From Octopus bimaculoides (Eukaryota): 64,000 bases of DNA. The notes beneath the pieces are model-generated. The model was not told where the DNA came from. It searched no databases and saw only the letters and a list, made by a program, of their open reading frames with translations. The stretch is from the NCBI RefSeq assembly GCF_001194135.2, contig NC_068982.1, positions 155,640,698 through 155,704,697 of the forward strand, given 5' to 3'. Below, one piece after another: positions 24,880 to 37,964 of this stretch. A program made the position numbers and the translations under genes. Within the stretch, counting starts at the first letter, position 1. Every line of letters starts with the position of its first letter.

Positions 24880-25170
24880 TGCAACACTACGTGAAAAGAC
24901 ATTCGAGCGAGATTGTTGCCAGTGCAGGTGGCATGTAAAATACACCATTTTGAGCATAGCCATTGCCAGTACCGCCTGACTGGCCTTCATGCCGGTGGCA
25001 CGTAAAAGCACCCACTACACTCTCGGAGTGGTTGGCATTAGGAAGGGCATCCAGCTGTAGAAACTGCCAAATCAGATTGGAGCCTGGTGTAGCCATCTGG
25101 TTCACCAGTCCTCAGTCAAATCGTCCAACCCATGCTAGCATAGAAAGCGGACGTTAAACGATGATGATGA
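24880..25170 (+). mobile_element. Longer, well-preserved RTE 3'-tail repeat copy
   Basis: internal ~65-bp unit region plus aaaagcacccactacactctcggagtggttggcattaggaagggcatccagc... ending (GAT)n. Confidence 0.85.
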
Positions 25171-25529
25171 TCCCACTCACTTAGTCCAGAAAACCACAAA
25201 GATAGCAGCACCAACAACTTCATTAGCTCCATGTTGTGCTGGTATGCACACTTCAGTGAAAATTTCAGAATAACAACTGTTGTACTCTGAACAAGCCCAT
25301 TTCCACTGTGACAATTATCAGAATCTTCAGACAGACTGGACAATGGAGAAGAAAGTGTGTCCATATTAACACACTGCCCTACATTCAAATAAATCACTAT
25401 GTCAGTGTGTGCAATATGGTCCTCTCTCAGAGACATAGTATTTCTGAAGCATTGGATCTGTTGATTAGACATAATCATTCAACTAATTAATTTTATGAAT
25501 AGGATCATAGCTCAATTAGGACCAGAATT

Positions 25530-26510
25530 AGATTAAATGAGATGCAGTTTGGGTTTGTGCCAGAGAAAAGTAATATGGCTTGCCATCTTCCTAGTGTGAC
25601 AGCTGCAGAAGTATCTAACCAAAAGTAAACCATTGTACTTAGCATTCATTGACTTTGTGAAAGCCTTTGACAGAGAGAGTTGCTCTGTAATCTGGTTGTT
25701 TCCAAAGAAGTTAGGTGTAGATAAATGGCTTGTTAGAGCTGTACAAACCATGTATAAAGGTGCTGTCAGTAAGGTGAGAGTCAGCTATAAGTACAGCGAT
25801 GACTTTAGGAGTTCATTAGGGCTTGGTTCTCAGTCCCCTCTTACTTCTCCAGGCCATAACAGATGAATTTAAGACTGGCCTGTGGGAACTACTATTTGCT
25901 GATGACCTCACTTATAGTGGAATATGTAACAGAAATGGAAAAGAAATTCCAGGTACAGAAGCAAAATCTGGAATGAGAGGGCCTTAAAATTAACTTAGAG
26001 AAGACCAAAGTTGTAATTAGCAAGAAAGTAGATAAGAGTATCTTTCCATATGGTAAATGGTTTGGCTCAATATGTACGAAAGGTGTTGGAAGGAATTCTA
26101 TTTGATTACATGGTGCAAGCTATGGACACATAAAAGGTGCAGTAGAATCAGTGGAAGTTTAACAGAAAGTAGTCTTTGTATGTGGTAGATGCGCAAGTAC
26201 AACAAAAATATAAGGATGCATGGCAATTAGATTTTTTCAAATACCCAGAAGACTCTCTAGTGGTTGTAGATAGTTTTTGTTACCTAGGTGACCTAGTTAG
26301 CAGTTGAGGAGGATGTTCTGAAAGAATAGTTTGCTAGAATAAGAATAGGATGGAGAAAGTTCAGAGAGCAAGTACTTTTGTTGTCAATAAAAGGCCTTTT
26401 AGTGTGAAAGGGAGATTGTATGATGCTCGTGTAAGAAATGGCTATGCTCCATGGTAGTGAGACTTGGGCCCTGAATGCAGGGGACATGTGAAGACTGGGG
26501 AGGAATTAAC
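25530..26510 (+). mobile_element. RTE LINE reverse-transcriptase fragment
   Basis: QFGFVP, LYLAFIDFVKAFDR, LGVDKWLVRAVQTMY, ELLFADDL motifs; stops and frameshifts. Confidence 0.85.
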
Positions 26511-26809
26511 AAACAAGAGTAAATGTTTAAAAATTTATCCTTTTCACATTAATTCCATATATATAAAACTAAAAATAAATTTAAAATTACAAAAATACTT
26601 TTATAATTTACTACACCCACCATAGAAATCTCTTCTTTCCCATATACTCACAACAAATTGTGTACAGAGAAAAAAATCTAAATGTAGATTCATTAAATTG
26701 CTGTGATGAACATATTCACGACAGAAAAGCAATGAAACCCTAAGCATTAAAATGATGACTGTTCTGTTCTTGTAATAGTTAAAAATTTTTTTAAGATTAT
26801 TGCATATAG

Positions 26810-27180
26810 GGTGCAGGAGTGGCTGTGTGGTAAGTAGCTTGCTTACCAACCACATGGTTCCGTCCCACTGCGTGCACCTTGGGCAAGTGTCTTCTACTAT
26901 AGCCTCGGGCCGACCAAAGCCGTGTGAGTGGATTTGGTAGACGGAAACTGAAAGAAGCCCATCATATATATGTATGTGTGTCTGTGTTTGTCTCCCCCAA
27001 CATCGCTTGACAACCAATGTTGGTGTGTTTACGTCCCTGTAACTTAGCAGTTTGGCAAAAGAGACCAATAGAACAAGTACTAGGCTTACAAAGAATAAGT
27101 CCGCAGGTCGATTTGCTCGACTAAAGGCGATGCTCCAGCATGGCCGCAGTCAAATGACTGAAACAAGTAAAAGAGTATAG
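26810..27180 (+). mobile_element. tRNA-headed SINE (family B, CORE-like centre) with 3' extension; near-complete copy
   Basis: A-box-like tggctgtgtggt, ccactgcgtgcaccttgggcaagtgtcttctactatagcc core; other copies at ~7.4, 11.9, 19.5, 21.0, 37.3, 40.6, 49.3, 52.1 and 63.3 kb. Confidence 0.75.
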
Positions 27181-28605
27181 GGAGTTAAATTATTAGTTTA
27201 TTAAGTAAATATAGTACATGGACAGGACGTGTCCTGTCTGTACTAGATTGTTCTATATATTATGTTTGGACAACTTTACAAACCAGCAAGGAGTCATATT
27301 GTTTTAAAAGAAAATGCTTAGTTCTAGATGAAGCAGACTTGTGATTAAAGGCCTTCAAGCCATGACCATCAAGTTTGTCCAGACAGTTTATCTTGGAAAA
27401 CATTACCAAGTGTTTTTCCTTTTTAAAGACAGTGTGATTCGAGAGATTTGGCTATTTCTAGCAAAGTCAGTAATAACATTAGCTTGAAGAGAAAATGTTT
27501 CAACTTTTAATTATAAATCATGAATTGATAGGATTGTTTAGGGACTGCTTTTTCAGAGCTGTTTAAACTGATTGAATAAATCTACAATCAAAAGCACCCA
27601 GGGGACTCTTTTATCCATTGGGAATCTATTTTTTTTGGTAGATTGGGCAACCACACAAAAACTTCCTCAACACAGCAACTGTACTGGATTTCTTTACATC
27701 AGCAGACTTTAATTTTCAACTAGATAAACTGTAATTTAAAAGACATTATGACTATTCAAATCCATGAACGCAATATTAACTTTTGAAATATATTTCTCAG
27801 AAGAGGATTACTCAAGTGATAGAATCCATTTTCTGGTCCATGGGTGTCTTTAGTAGAATTCACTGTTGCAAGTTACCAGGATTCACTATATTGGAGGCCT
27901 TTGTAAAAGATCATAAGCACTGTCCTTCTTCCATTAGCCACAAAAAGGAAGCATAAATAATTAGTTTTTTTAATGGTAAGGTTTCAAACTCTTCTTAGCC
28001 CATCTAATTGCAATGTAATTACAACAGGACCAACATCATAAAATTCCTTAATTCAATATGTTCATGTTAATCTGTTACCTATTTTAGCCTCGTTAATCAC
28101 ATCTATGTCCAATTAGATGTTAGCCTACTTACTAAAATTTTGACACAATTCAATAGTTTAACTTTAGTGCAAGGAAGGGGAGGAAAAATGTCAAAGCATT
28201 AAATGTAAAAATGTTCAAAATAAAGATATAACAATTAAATATTTAAATGTGTATCTTTTCTTTTGTTAAAACATATCAATCATAATTTCCTTCCTATATC
28301 AACTGAATTATTTGCGCTTGTATTGCCATAGAATGAGACCAGTAGCCTGATCAGTCCTAGGCAAAAGTAGGAACGATACAACTTCTGTTGGATCATGAAT
28401 ACTGAACAAATGAACAAGATGGATTTAAAAAAAAAAAAAAAAGACAACACGATGTAAACAAACAATGTTACTAAAAGTGCATTGATAGAATTTTCGGTAC
28501 TGAAAGGATACCCAAAATTAAATGAAACACACAGACTGTTTTATAGGAAGAGTTAACTAAAGGAACATAAAAAGGACAATATTGTAAGCATTCTTATTTA
28601 TTTCA

Positions 28606-29949
28606 TCAGGTTTCAGATAGCTTTAATATAGAGAATTCAAAGAGTTTGTTGTTGACTTTCTTAACTTGTTTCAATTCATCTTTCAGTTTCTTAATCAGTT
28701 CCGTTTTCTCATATTCGTTCATATCACTGTGTCCTTCTTCATAAGGAATATCCAAACTTGTTCCGGTATTCTTTACGGCTCTATTGTATGCAACAATTAC
28801 ATCACCGTTTTCTTCGGTGTAAGGTTCAAATATGCAAGATTGTGGTTGATTTTTCAAGAGGACAGTTCCAACAGTTTCACCTTCTTCGTCGACAGACTGA
28901 AGGTTTCGTTTCAGCTGGCCAAGTAGCCGCGTCGGTTTGTAGTTAGGGTTCAACATAGCTGGTGTGACAGGGCTAATCAAAACGTTGGTGACAGCACCTT
29001 TGTGAGGTAAGGTTCGTATACACTGGCCACTACTGATGTCCCAAATTTTAACGTTGCAGTCATCGGAACCAGAAATTAATTTGTCGCCCTCTTTTGACAT
29101 TGCCAAACATGTAACTTGCTGATCGTGTCCATTAAAAGCAGTAACTCGTTTTATCATAGCTGTATCACTCGCCACATGTCTCTGTCGGCTATTTGTGTTT
29201 TCAAAGAGATCCACCGTATAGATATGTCCATTTTTAGCTCCTGCGAATAAACAACTATCTGCAGCATCCATTACAACCGACGATATCCCCACTGGGAAGA
29301 CGAAGTCACATAACAACTGACCCGAACATAAATCCCACATTTTACATGTTTGGTCAAGGGAAGCTGTTACGATTCGCGATCGAAGTCCTCCGGCACCAAC
29401 GTGTATGTCAGTAATTGCCAATGAATGATCTTTCCATGTAAACAGAGGCTCAGGTTTCAAGCAGGCATCTTTCCAAATGCGTACGACATCAGTTAATGAC
29501 CATACCACTACTAAATTATCTTCGCCTCCACTAACAAATGTGATATTATCAACAAACTTGACACATGTAATATTTTGATAGTGTTTTTGAACAATGGCTA
29601 ATAGATCACCAGAACTGACCTGCCAAACATAGATCTTTTCTTCGATTCCAGCCACGCAGAAGCAACCATCCGGTGAAACAGCAAGGGAAGATATTTTTTT
29701 CGGAAATACAACTTTGCTCTGCATCTGTTCCCGCCTTTGTAATGTCCACACGTGTAACACAGACCGGGCATTATTAGCAGCTAAAAGATATTCGCCAGCA
29801 ATCAAAGCCAAGCCTCTAGAGGTTGTGCTACCTCCCTTGTAGTAAGACAAACTGGTTCCTGAATGGAAATCCCACATACAAACATTCCAATGTTCTCCTG
29901 AAGTGTCTGTTGTAAACAGAACCTCATTACTTTTCTTTGTCGTCGCCAT
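28606..29949 (-). CDS. WDR18: WD repeat-containing protein 18 (IPI3 orthologue, rixosome/PELP1 complex), single coding exon, 447 aa from ATG
   Basis: N-terminal WDFHSGTSLSYYKGG, LHVWTLQRREQMQSKVVFP, several WD40 repeats (DHSLAITDI, GHDQQVTCL..SGSDDCNVKIWD), C-terminal coiled coil; ORF-track start at 29967 is TTG, first ATG at 29949. Confidence 0.88.
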   Translation of the reverse strand: MATTKKSNEVLFTTDTSGEHWNVCMWDFHSGTSLSYYKGGSTTSRGLALIAGEYLLAANNARSVLHVWTLQRREQMQSKVVFPKKISSLAVSPDGCFCVAGIEEKIYVWQVSSGDLLAIVQKHYQNITCVKFVDNITFVSGGEDNLVVVWSLTDVVRIWKDACLKPEPLFTWKDHSLAITDIHVGAGGLRSRIVTASLDQTCKMWDLCSGQLLCDFVFPVGISSVVMDAADSCLFAGAKNGHIYTVDLFENTNSRQRHVASDTAMIKRVTAFNGHDQQVTCLAMSKEGDKLISGSDDCNVKIWDISSGQCIRTLPHKGAVTNVLISPVTPAMLNPNYKPTRLLGQLKRNLQSVDEEGETVGTVLLKNQPQSCIFEPYTEENGDVIVAYNRAVKNTGTSLDIPYEEGHSDMNEYEKTELIKKLKDELKQVKKVNNKLFEFSILKLSET

Positions 29950-32049
29950 TTTCAAATTATAATGCAATGTTACATTAGTTATCTCCCTTAGCTACTTTAC
30001 GGAAAATACCGAAGTTAACTCGGCTTTTTAATCCAATAAAGAGTATTGCAGACGGAACCTATACAAGGTCGTTCGACTCAGCAGAAATAACAGTCAAACC
30101 ACACTTTACTTTCTTAAAAAAGGAACGACACATTGGGCAATATGTTCTGAATAAAAGATGTAAGAGTTACTGCTGGAACACTTGAGAGTAAGGGATGACT
30201 GGCGCAGGGTGGTAGTAAACAACAATAAGTATTTTATTCCTCAGTGATATACAACTTTTATTTTTTATTTTTGTGTAATTATACAGAAATTATAAATTTT
30301 AACAAATTTAACAGTGTTTACATATATCTTTAACACTAATTATTAGAAATCTATAAAGGACCGGCAAAGTCCCAATTAGTCTTTAAATGATGCAAGCATT
30401 CGGTAATGGGCTCACTATCATCTCGTAGAATGACCATTTTTGCATCTTTTTCCTTAAAGTTTTCGCAATTAAGCACCCTCCTTTCATCCAAACCATCCTA
30501 ATTTATGGATTTTTAAAAATAATTAATTAATAGCAAAACTTAAAATGTTCAGTGATATGAAAGTATAGAGTAACTTAGGTGGGAGGATGATATTTAATTG
30601 TGGTTATAATAGTCACTGTTAGCAAAGTGTATAATTTTTTGTCTATATAAAAATCTATACATTGGAACCCATGGTTGACAATGTATTCCAAGCTGTTGTT
30701 CTCTGTTTATGGAAGTTTCATTATTAACTATTCAGTGATTAGAATGAAATAACATTTTAAAATCTGAAGGTAAGTGAAATGAAATGAACCTGAGGGTATG
30801 CTTGTGGTAATGCCAAAACAAAAAAATTTAAACGTTTCAAGAACAGCATTTAAAAAAAAAATTTATGCGCACACACACATTACGAAATCCTGGCTATAAT
30901 TACAGCAATGAATTCATGTGATGTGTTGTTGGACGTAGAAAACGGGAGTGAGAACAGCAGAAAAGACTGCTATAGTTTGTTTCGTTAAATAGAGAATAGA
31001 GGAGTCGTACTTCCCCACAAGCCCTGAAACACCTATTTGGTATTTAGTATCTACTAAACCCGAAGTTGGAGACATGGAACCTAAGCATTTATGCATTCAA
31101 ATAAGTTAACATGGTCTTCGTCATTAAATTAAATCTATTTTCCTTAAATTAGGATGTCTTTTCTATGGTATGTGTGTGTTTGCCAAAATTTATGGGGAAA
31201 TCGATTATTAGATTAAAATAACGAAAGTAAACATGCAAATGACAGAACCCATGGTGTATAGTTGCAGTAGGGATTTGAAACCTAACTGCTAGATCATGAG
31301 TGAACCACCACGATTTCATGTGATCAGTCTGTAAGTTGACCAATCAGTGTAAGGTTTTCTCAAATGTTCTAAAATTCGACTTCTTGTCCCCAATAAAAAT
31401 TGTATTTGGCTCTCAATCAGTGTTGAAGGCAGCTGATTGACTCATGCCTCCATCCACTCTTGCCATGCAGATGACCAATGACCACTGACACCACAAGTGG
31501 CCTCAGAGGTTTGTGCAGATGGCTGTATTTTTGGACTGACTGCTTTCTATATTTTTAGAACAGTTTTTCTCTCCTTTTATTTGGTAATTATTGATATTGT
31601 TCATTGTAATTTGCCAACGTGAAATGTTTTTATGTCCAGCAATAAATATTACAGCTAAATGTTCATGAGTTTGTTTCAGTTATTATTTAAGCAGCCAACA
31701 TGTCTTCATTGACCGGCTCAGCATTTTCCATTCTGAGATTCCAGACAGTTAAAATAGTTATTCTCTCTCCATCTGCAACTTTTAGAGATAACATCTTTCT
31801 CTTTCTCTCTGCCACTAGCAGACAACTAACATGTTGCAATGGCAAACCTCATTGTAGCCTTATACCATTACCTTTCTCCTTTCACACAGTAGTAAATCCC
31901 TACCAGAGGTTCTCCATTAACTAATATTTGTATTTACTTCTAAATCGTAGCAGTTCTGATCAACTTTATAATTGTTGAATAATATTTATAATGAGTATAA
32001 ATTATTTTGCATCAGTTTCTCTCAGTTATGCAACATGCAGCTTTTCTTC

Positions 32050-33190
32050 AAATGCAACCTTTTCTCTATGCCACAATTTACTGGTTACAATTGGTGACCT
32101 CTAACATGTTACATCATAATCATTACAAGTGGAGACCTCTACTAATTGCATTCAACCGTTACTTAATAGTGAAGTCCTACATCCATATATTCTTGTGAAC
32201 TAGGTCATCAGCATACAAGAGTTCCCACTAACAGCCTGTATTAAACTCCTCTGTTATGGTTTGGAGAACAATAATTATCAAAAGGGAGCTAAAAATTAAG
32301 TTCCGATGGACATCCACCTGCACACTATATACCTTGTTGGACTCATAGCCATTTATCTTTTTGCTGACATTATCTTTGTATATAACTTGCATGGCTCATA
32401 GAAACCAGTTGTCTACATCTGGTTTTCTTAGTGATTACAAGAGTACAGAGTGCAGTGGCCCTATCAAAGGCCTTCATCATGTGGATAAATGCTCAGTATA
32501 GTGGCTTGCGTTTAACTAAAAATTCACCTGAAAATCTGGGAGAATTCAAAAATCTTCTTCATATTCACCAACACTCTCTAAAGGGGACTCTCCACTCTTG
32601 CAACAATTTATATTATTGGCACACATTATGGAAACCAGTACCACTAATGATCTAACTGGATATTTAAGTTGTTTATCATTGGTTGAAACATGCTGATTCA
32701 CATCCTCACAATAACTGTTCAGGTAGATTATTTTGATGAAAAGTTCTAAGACAAAAGACAAAATTCCAAACCTTATCAAAGAATTTGAACTGCCACTAGC
32801 ACTCCACACATATTACAACTGAAAGAGGTTGTGGTATATTTTGTTTGCAAGCTGTATTCTAATGAATCTTGCATGGATGATTCCAATGTTGAACTTCTGA
32901 GAATGAAAATGTTTTGTTACAAAATCAGGAATGTGCTGAGTATACCCCAATGACTGATATCTATGAAGAGCATTTCAAAAGAATTGTTATTCAAGCAAGT
33001 ATTAGAATTTGAGAGTGAATGACACCTGTGGAAGGCTTCTGCAATTGTGGTGGAAAAGAGAAGAAATTAGTTCTAGTTTGAATGATACTACCATTAGCAA
33101 AAGATGTCAATCTTGAAATAAAATGCTCCTGTTCAAACATGTTCATTGTGCAAGTGCAACAATGTAAAATTGAGATGTGCATCATTTAAC
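32050..33190 (-). mobile_element. Highly degenerate LINE RT remnant
   Basis: minus-strand KRKPLY*AFIHMMKAFDR and FGILSFVLELFIKII resemble RT subdomains 1-2. Confidence 0.5.
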
Positions 33191-34330
33191 GTCTTGTGCA
33201 AGTGGAAATGTATGGAGGAATGACAATTTCTAAGCTAACAGGCATTGATTAATATTTGTATGTTAATCACAAATATTAAAACACTTTCTACAAATTAATG
33301 TGGCTCTTTTTCAAATTTGGGCTGTTTGAAATCTGATTTGAAGGTGTGGTCTTTATAACTCATGTTAATAATATAAACTTCTGTTTAATTTTAAAGCATT
33401 TCTGTATTTTATTGCTAAAATAACCTGATGTTAAAGGATTTATTCTCATCTCATAAACACCACATTATTTAATTAAAAAAAATGTAAATATAATTGCAAA
33501 TTTTTATTTGAAAATAAATGGCACTAAATAGGTTCAGATTGGACCATCGACTTGAATGTTAAAGTTGTTTGAGTATTGTCATTCATCTCCAGGTTCCACA
33601 TGTCCCCTTTTGGGCTGATCATTCTCTAATCAGGCTGATGTTGTAATTTAGACCTCTTTTAATGTAATACCAACATCTTTTGCATTAATTTGAAATGATT
33701 GATGGCTAGGACATTCCACTAAGAACTATTTGATGCACCCACCTACTCCTGGGCCCAATAAACTTTGATACCACTAATTCACCTCTGGGCCCAATACACT
33801 TTGACCATTGAACCAAATCTCCCTCAAATTATACTCATTTTAGAAAAGAAGGTAACATTTGATAATTTAGTCCCAAATGTATTGTTTATGGGAAAAAAAG
33901 ACAAGATGGTCAGTACTGGAATGTCTTTGACTGTAGGCCACCTCAGTCAGGACTGATATAGGGCTAAATAGAACAATTATTTATCTATCTTCCTAGGTTC
34001 TGTAATATGTACAAACATTCATTTGTGAACTTGAATTTCTTTATATTTCTGCCTCTACATTTTCACTTAACCCTCAATCAGATGCAACAATTATCTCAGT
34101 AATCTTAATCTATGAATTGATGAGAAACTATTAAAGACTGTCAACATAAATCAATATTTTAATCCATCATCCAGTTTAACATTACTGGTCCTTAAGTAAT
34201 TTTTATGGTGTTTTCCAACCTCTTTTGTCCTATGCCTCACTTTGATTTAAAAACAAAGCAAAACAAGAGAGTACCCCTCCGTGAACAAAGTTAGCATGTG
34301 TGTGTTTGTGTGTATAAATATTCTGATTAT

Positions 34331-34500
34331 ATGTCTGTGCACACGTTTGAATGTGGTGTGTGCCAGAGGGTTTGCAAATCCAATGGGGGTCTTAAAAGAC
34401 ATGTTAGGATCCACAATGAGCAGAACTTACCTGCAGGTATTGGTAGTACAAATCAGAGGTGCAATCTGTGTGGGTGTTTTTTCAAAACATTGTCTGGTTT
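34331..34500 (+). other. C2H2-type zinc-finger pair remnant, probably a LINE C-terminal tail, cut by a gap
   Basis: FECGVCQRVCKSNGGLKRHVRIH then RCNLCGCFFKTLSG; no TGEKPY linker. Confidence 0.5.
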
Positions 34501-34510
34501 NNNNNNNNNN

Positions 34511-34554
<44 letters not shown>

Positions 34555-35701
34555 GAAAGAAATTTTAATTAGAATTTTATTGCAAGTTTAATCACTTGTT
34601 ACTTACATCCAATTCTCTAGTTATCCATAACCACCATAATATTGTCACACCTTACCTTTACCTTGAGAAACACTAACAGTATCAGACAAAATGCCTGCAG
34701 TATTTATCTTTAAGTTCAAATCTCACCAATGCTGACTTTGCTTTTCAGTCTTATCTAATCTATAACAACAAAAAGGCTTGAAAGGACTGGAAGAAAGTGG
34801 GTAGCAGAGAACAATAGAACATACCTGAAAGAGAAGCTAGACATCAAATATACCTTGCAAGGGAAGAAGCAGAAAACAGTGGTTGGTGCATTAAAGGAGA
34901 CAAGAAAGGATGCCCTTCAGACTAGTTGAAGACAATACAGCCTCTGAAGTGTTGGTTCCACAATAAAATGCTCTTAGACTCTTTAAAGTGGTTTGTAAAC
35001 TTCTGTTCACATCCAGTCATAGAAATCATAATGGAATGTATGAGTGAGACATGGTTTTCTTACTTGTCTAGTTGGGCAGTAATTTTGAACAAGAAATCAC
35101 CCATACCAGCAAAGGAACTGGCTGTAAATGATGATGATAATGTTATATATGTATGTGCTTGTGTAGGCTTCTGAATTTGATACACTGTTTCAGATTTTAT
35201 ATTGACTGTAAAAAATGAGATTCAGTGACAATAATACATCAATTATAAAAGTGAAATAAGTTATAAATAAACACCCAAAAGAGTTAGTTCAGGTTCTGAA
35301 GATCACAGGTTTGCTCCATTAGGGCTGACCAGGGTTAAGTAACAATTAGCATTCTACCCATCCACTGCACACTAGCTCCATCAGTCAGAGGTCAACACTA
35401 ACTTGATAAGCCAGTTTCTTTTAAACTTAAAGATATATGCTATAATAATTTCTTGGTGGTTTATGAAAGGGGATTATTTCACAAGGGTTTTGTATTGCTG
35501 GAATTAATTTAACCAAAATTATTGAATTATTACTCTTTAACTCTTTTCTCTGTACCAGTTGAAATCATTTCAAAAATTTTTTATTTGAATGAAAAAAAAA
35601 AAAAATCAGAAACAATAAAAATAAAAGAGAAATTCAAATCAAATGAAAATGTTAAATAAAATTTAATAAAAAAAATTTTTAAAGCATTTTTGTATATAAT
35701 A

Positions 35702-36018
35702 CTATTTTTTAAAATTTTCCCTGAGAAATTTTGGCCAACTCAGAGGCCATTCATATTCATTTGGTACAATACCATCACATTTGGATTCAAAAAATGAGAA
35801 AAGTGGAAACCAAATTTTCGTTCTTTTGGAGTCTCTTTGCATTAAAGCACGGTTGTTGGCTAATGTGTGATAGTAGAGAAAGAGACGGGTAGTGATGTAA
35901 AAAGCAATAAAGACATCAATTGAATAGTGTTCATGGGCTGCAAGGATGAAAAAGATGCCGAAAAGATTCAAGACCCAGGTGATAGTATGGATGTAGTAAA
36001 ACCGCTGCCGGGATGTAT
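35702..36018 (-). CDS. SAMD8: Sphingomyelin synthase-related protein 1 (SMSr), last coding exon
   Basis: TTATTACAG acceptor; [30 protein letters not shown] (SMS D4 motif), [18 protein letters not shown]; TAG at 35702-35704. Confidence 0.93.
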
Positions 36019-36660
36019 CTGTAATAAACAAAGAACAACAACATTATTATCACATGAAAGTGGTGTGGGAAACAGTCGTCTTCTGAACAGGTTTTCAACA
36101 AGGATGAAGCAAGTAAATATATATTTTGACAGCCTGTAGACATGATACACTTTCTGTTCTTTTCCTCCTCAATATCTAACAGGGAAATATAGAGAGGGTG
36201 AGAGTGTGTGATGTGTATGTTTGCTAGTATACTTTTTTATTATTTTACTATCATCATCATTTAATGTCTGTCGTTCATGCTGGTATGGGTTGGACGGTTT
36301 GACCAGGGCTGGCAAGCTGAAAGCTGAATCATTGCACCAGACTCCAGTCTGAATGCCCTTCCTAATCCCAATCACTCCAAGAGTGTAATGAGTGCTTTTA
36401 CGTGCCACCAGCATGGGTGCCATTTGTGTGACACCAGTGTCTGCCACAACTGTGAATTTACTTGGCTTGATAGGTCTTCTTCTCAAGCACAACATAATGC
36501 CAAAGGTCTTGGTCATTCATCATTACCTCCATAAGGCCCAACACTTGAAAGGAGCTTTTCACATGCTACTGGTATCAGCCACTTTGCCTCTATGAGGTCC
36601 AGTGCTTGAAAGGTGCTTTTTATGTGCCAGCGACATGGGTGCCAGTTCTTCTCAAGCAAT

Positions 36661-36771
36661 GATTTCCCTTGGCTTGACAGGTCTTCGCAAACAATATGAT
36701 TTCCCTTGGCTTGATGGGTCTTCGCAAGCAATATGATTTCACTTGGCTTGATGGATCTTCTCAAGCATGTA
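36661..36771. repeat. 37-bp tandem repeat, 3 copies, within an RTE-tail repeat
   Basis: gatttcccttggcttgacaggtcttcgcaaacaatat and two variants with no spacers. Confidence 0.85.
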
Positions 36772-37964
36772 TTTTTAATATCCTTTGAATATAATTTTAT
36801 TATTTGGTATGGAGTACCTAACCACATCTGGTGACACAGTAGTATACTATGTTGCAATGTACCATTTGGAGATCAATGGTGTAAGACATTAACAAATTAC
36901 GCTGGATTAGGGAAAATAAATTGCATCAACAAATAACAGAATTTTAAGTCCCTCTTACCATGTCATTATCATCATCATTTAACGTCTACTTTCCATGATG
37001 GCATGGATTGGATGGTTTGACAGGAACCGGTCAAGTAGAAGACTGCACTAGACTTCTGTGTCTGTTTTGGCATGGATTTTATGGTTGGATGCCCTTCCTA
37101 ACATTAACCACCCAGCAGAGTGGGCTGAGTGCTTTTTACGTGGCACAAGCACAGGTGAGGTCAATTTTGGAATGGTTTTTACAGCTGGATGTCCCTCTAA
37201 ATGCCAACAACTTTATAGTGTGGACTGAATACTTTTTAGATGGCACCAGCACTGGATGACAAAGTAGGGTTTTACATTTTATAAGTTTCATAAGTATAGT
37301 ATGGTTGAATGGTTCAGGAGTCTACTTTGCAATCAGGAGGTCTGTTTTAATACCACAGCATAGCATCTTGGGCAGGTGTCCTGTACTACAGCCTCAGGTC
37401 AACCCATATTTTGTGAGTAAAATTGGGCAGACAAAAACTGGATAGAAACCTGTCAGACAAATTGTACAAATGGTACAGGTCTTGTCACATTGGTTCTGCC
37501 CGAGAATTACATTTGAGGTACACATGCCAGTGGAATACTTGACCATTTATATGCTAATTCAGTGAGTTTGGTAGTTTAGTTTAATGAACAACTGAACATA
37601 CCAACATCATCATAATCATTTAACATCCATTTTCCATGCTGGCATGGGTTGGATGGTTTGATTGGAGCTGGTAAGGCCAGGGGCCACATCAGTCTTCATT
37701 GTCTGTTCTGGCATGGTTTCTATGGGTGGATGCCCTTTCTAATGCCAACCACTCCACAGAGTTTAAAATTCTGACTGAGATCCATTTTTAATTTAAAGGA
37801 TATATAATCAAACATCTTTTAAACAAGCATCCAAACCACTCTTAAATCACATCCTACTGAGCCCAGGTCTAAAACATCCAATTATAGGGATGCTGGATTG
37901 TAGTTGACCTGAGCTGGAGGAATGACAATATAAATGATGAAATGAGAATTTGTAGAGTACTTAC

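Noticed and set aside
26810-26900. tRNA-like A/B-box sequences here and in other SINE heads
   Set aside because: They are dispersed, diverged repeat heads without a full cloverleaf or anticodon arm, so not tRNA genes.
27212-27245. Short hairpin TAGTACA(TG)GACAGGAC-GT-GTCCTGTCTGTACTA
   Set aside because: It is too short and isolated, and the spacing to CTAG does not fit a Helitron end; no second copy was noticed.
29950-29967. MHYNLK N-terminal extension of WDR18 in the ORF track
   Set aside because: It depends on a TTG start; the first ATG is at 29949.
36661-36771. 37-bp direct repeats, superficially CRISPR-sized
   Set aside because: There are no unique spacers or cas genes, the context is a eukaryotic intron, and the unit derives from the RTE-tail repeat.
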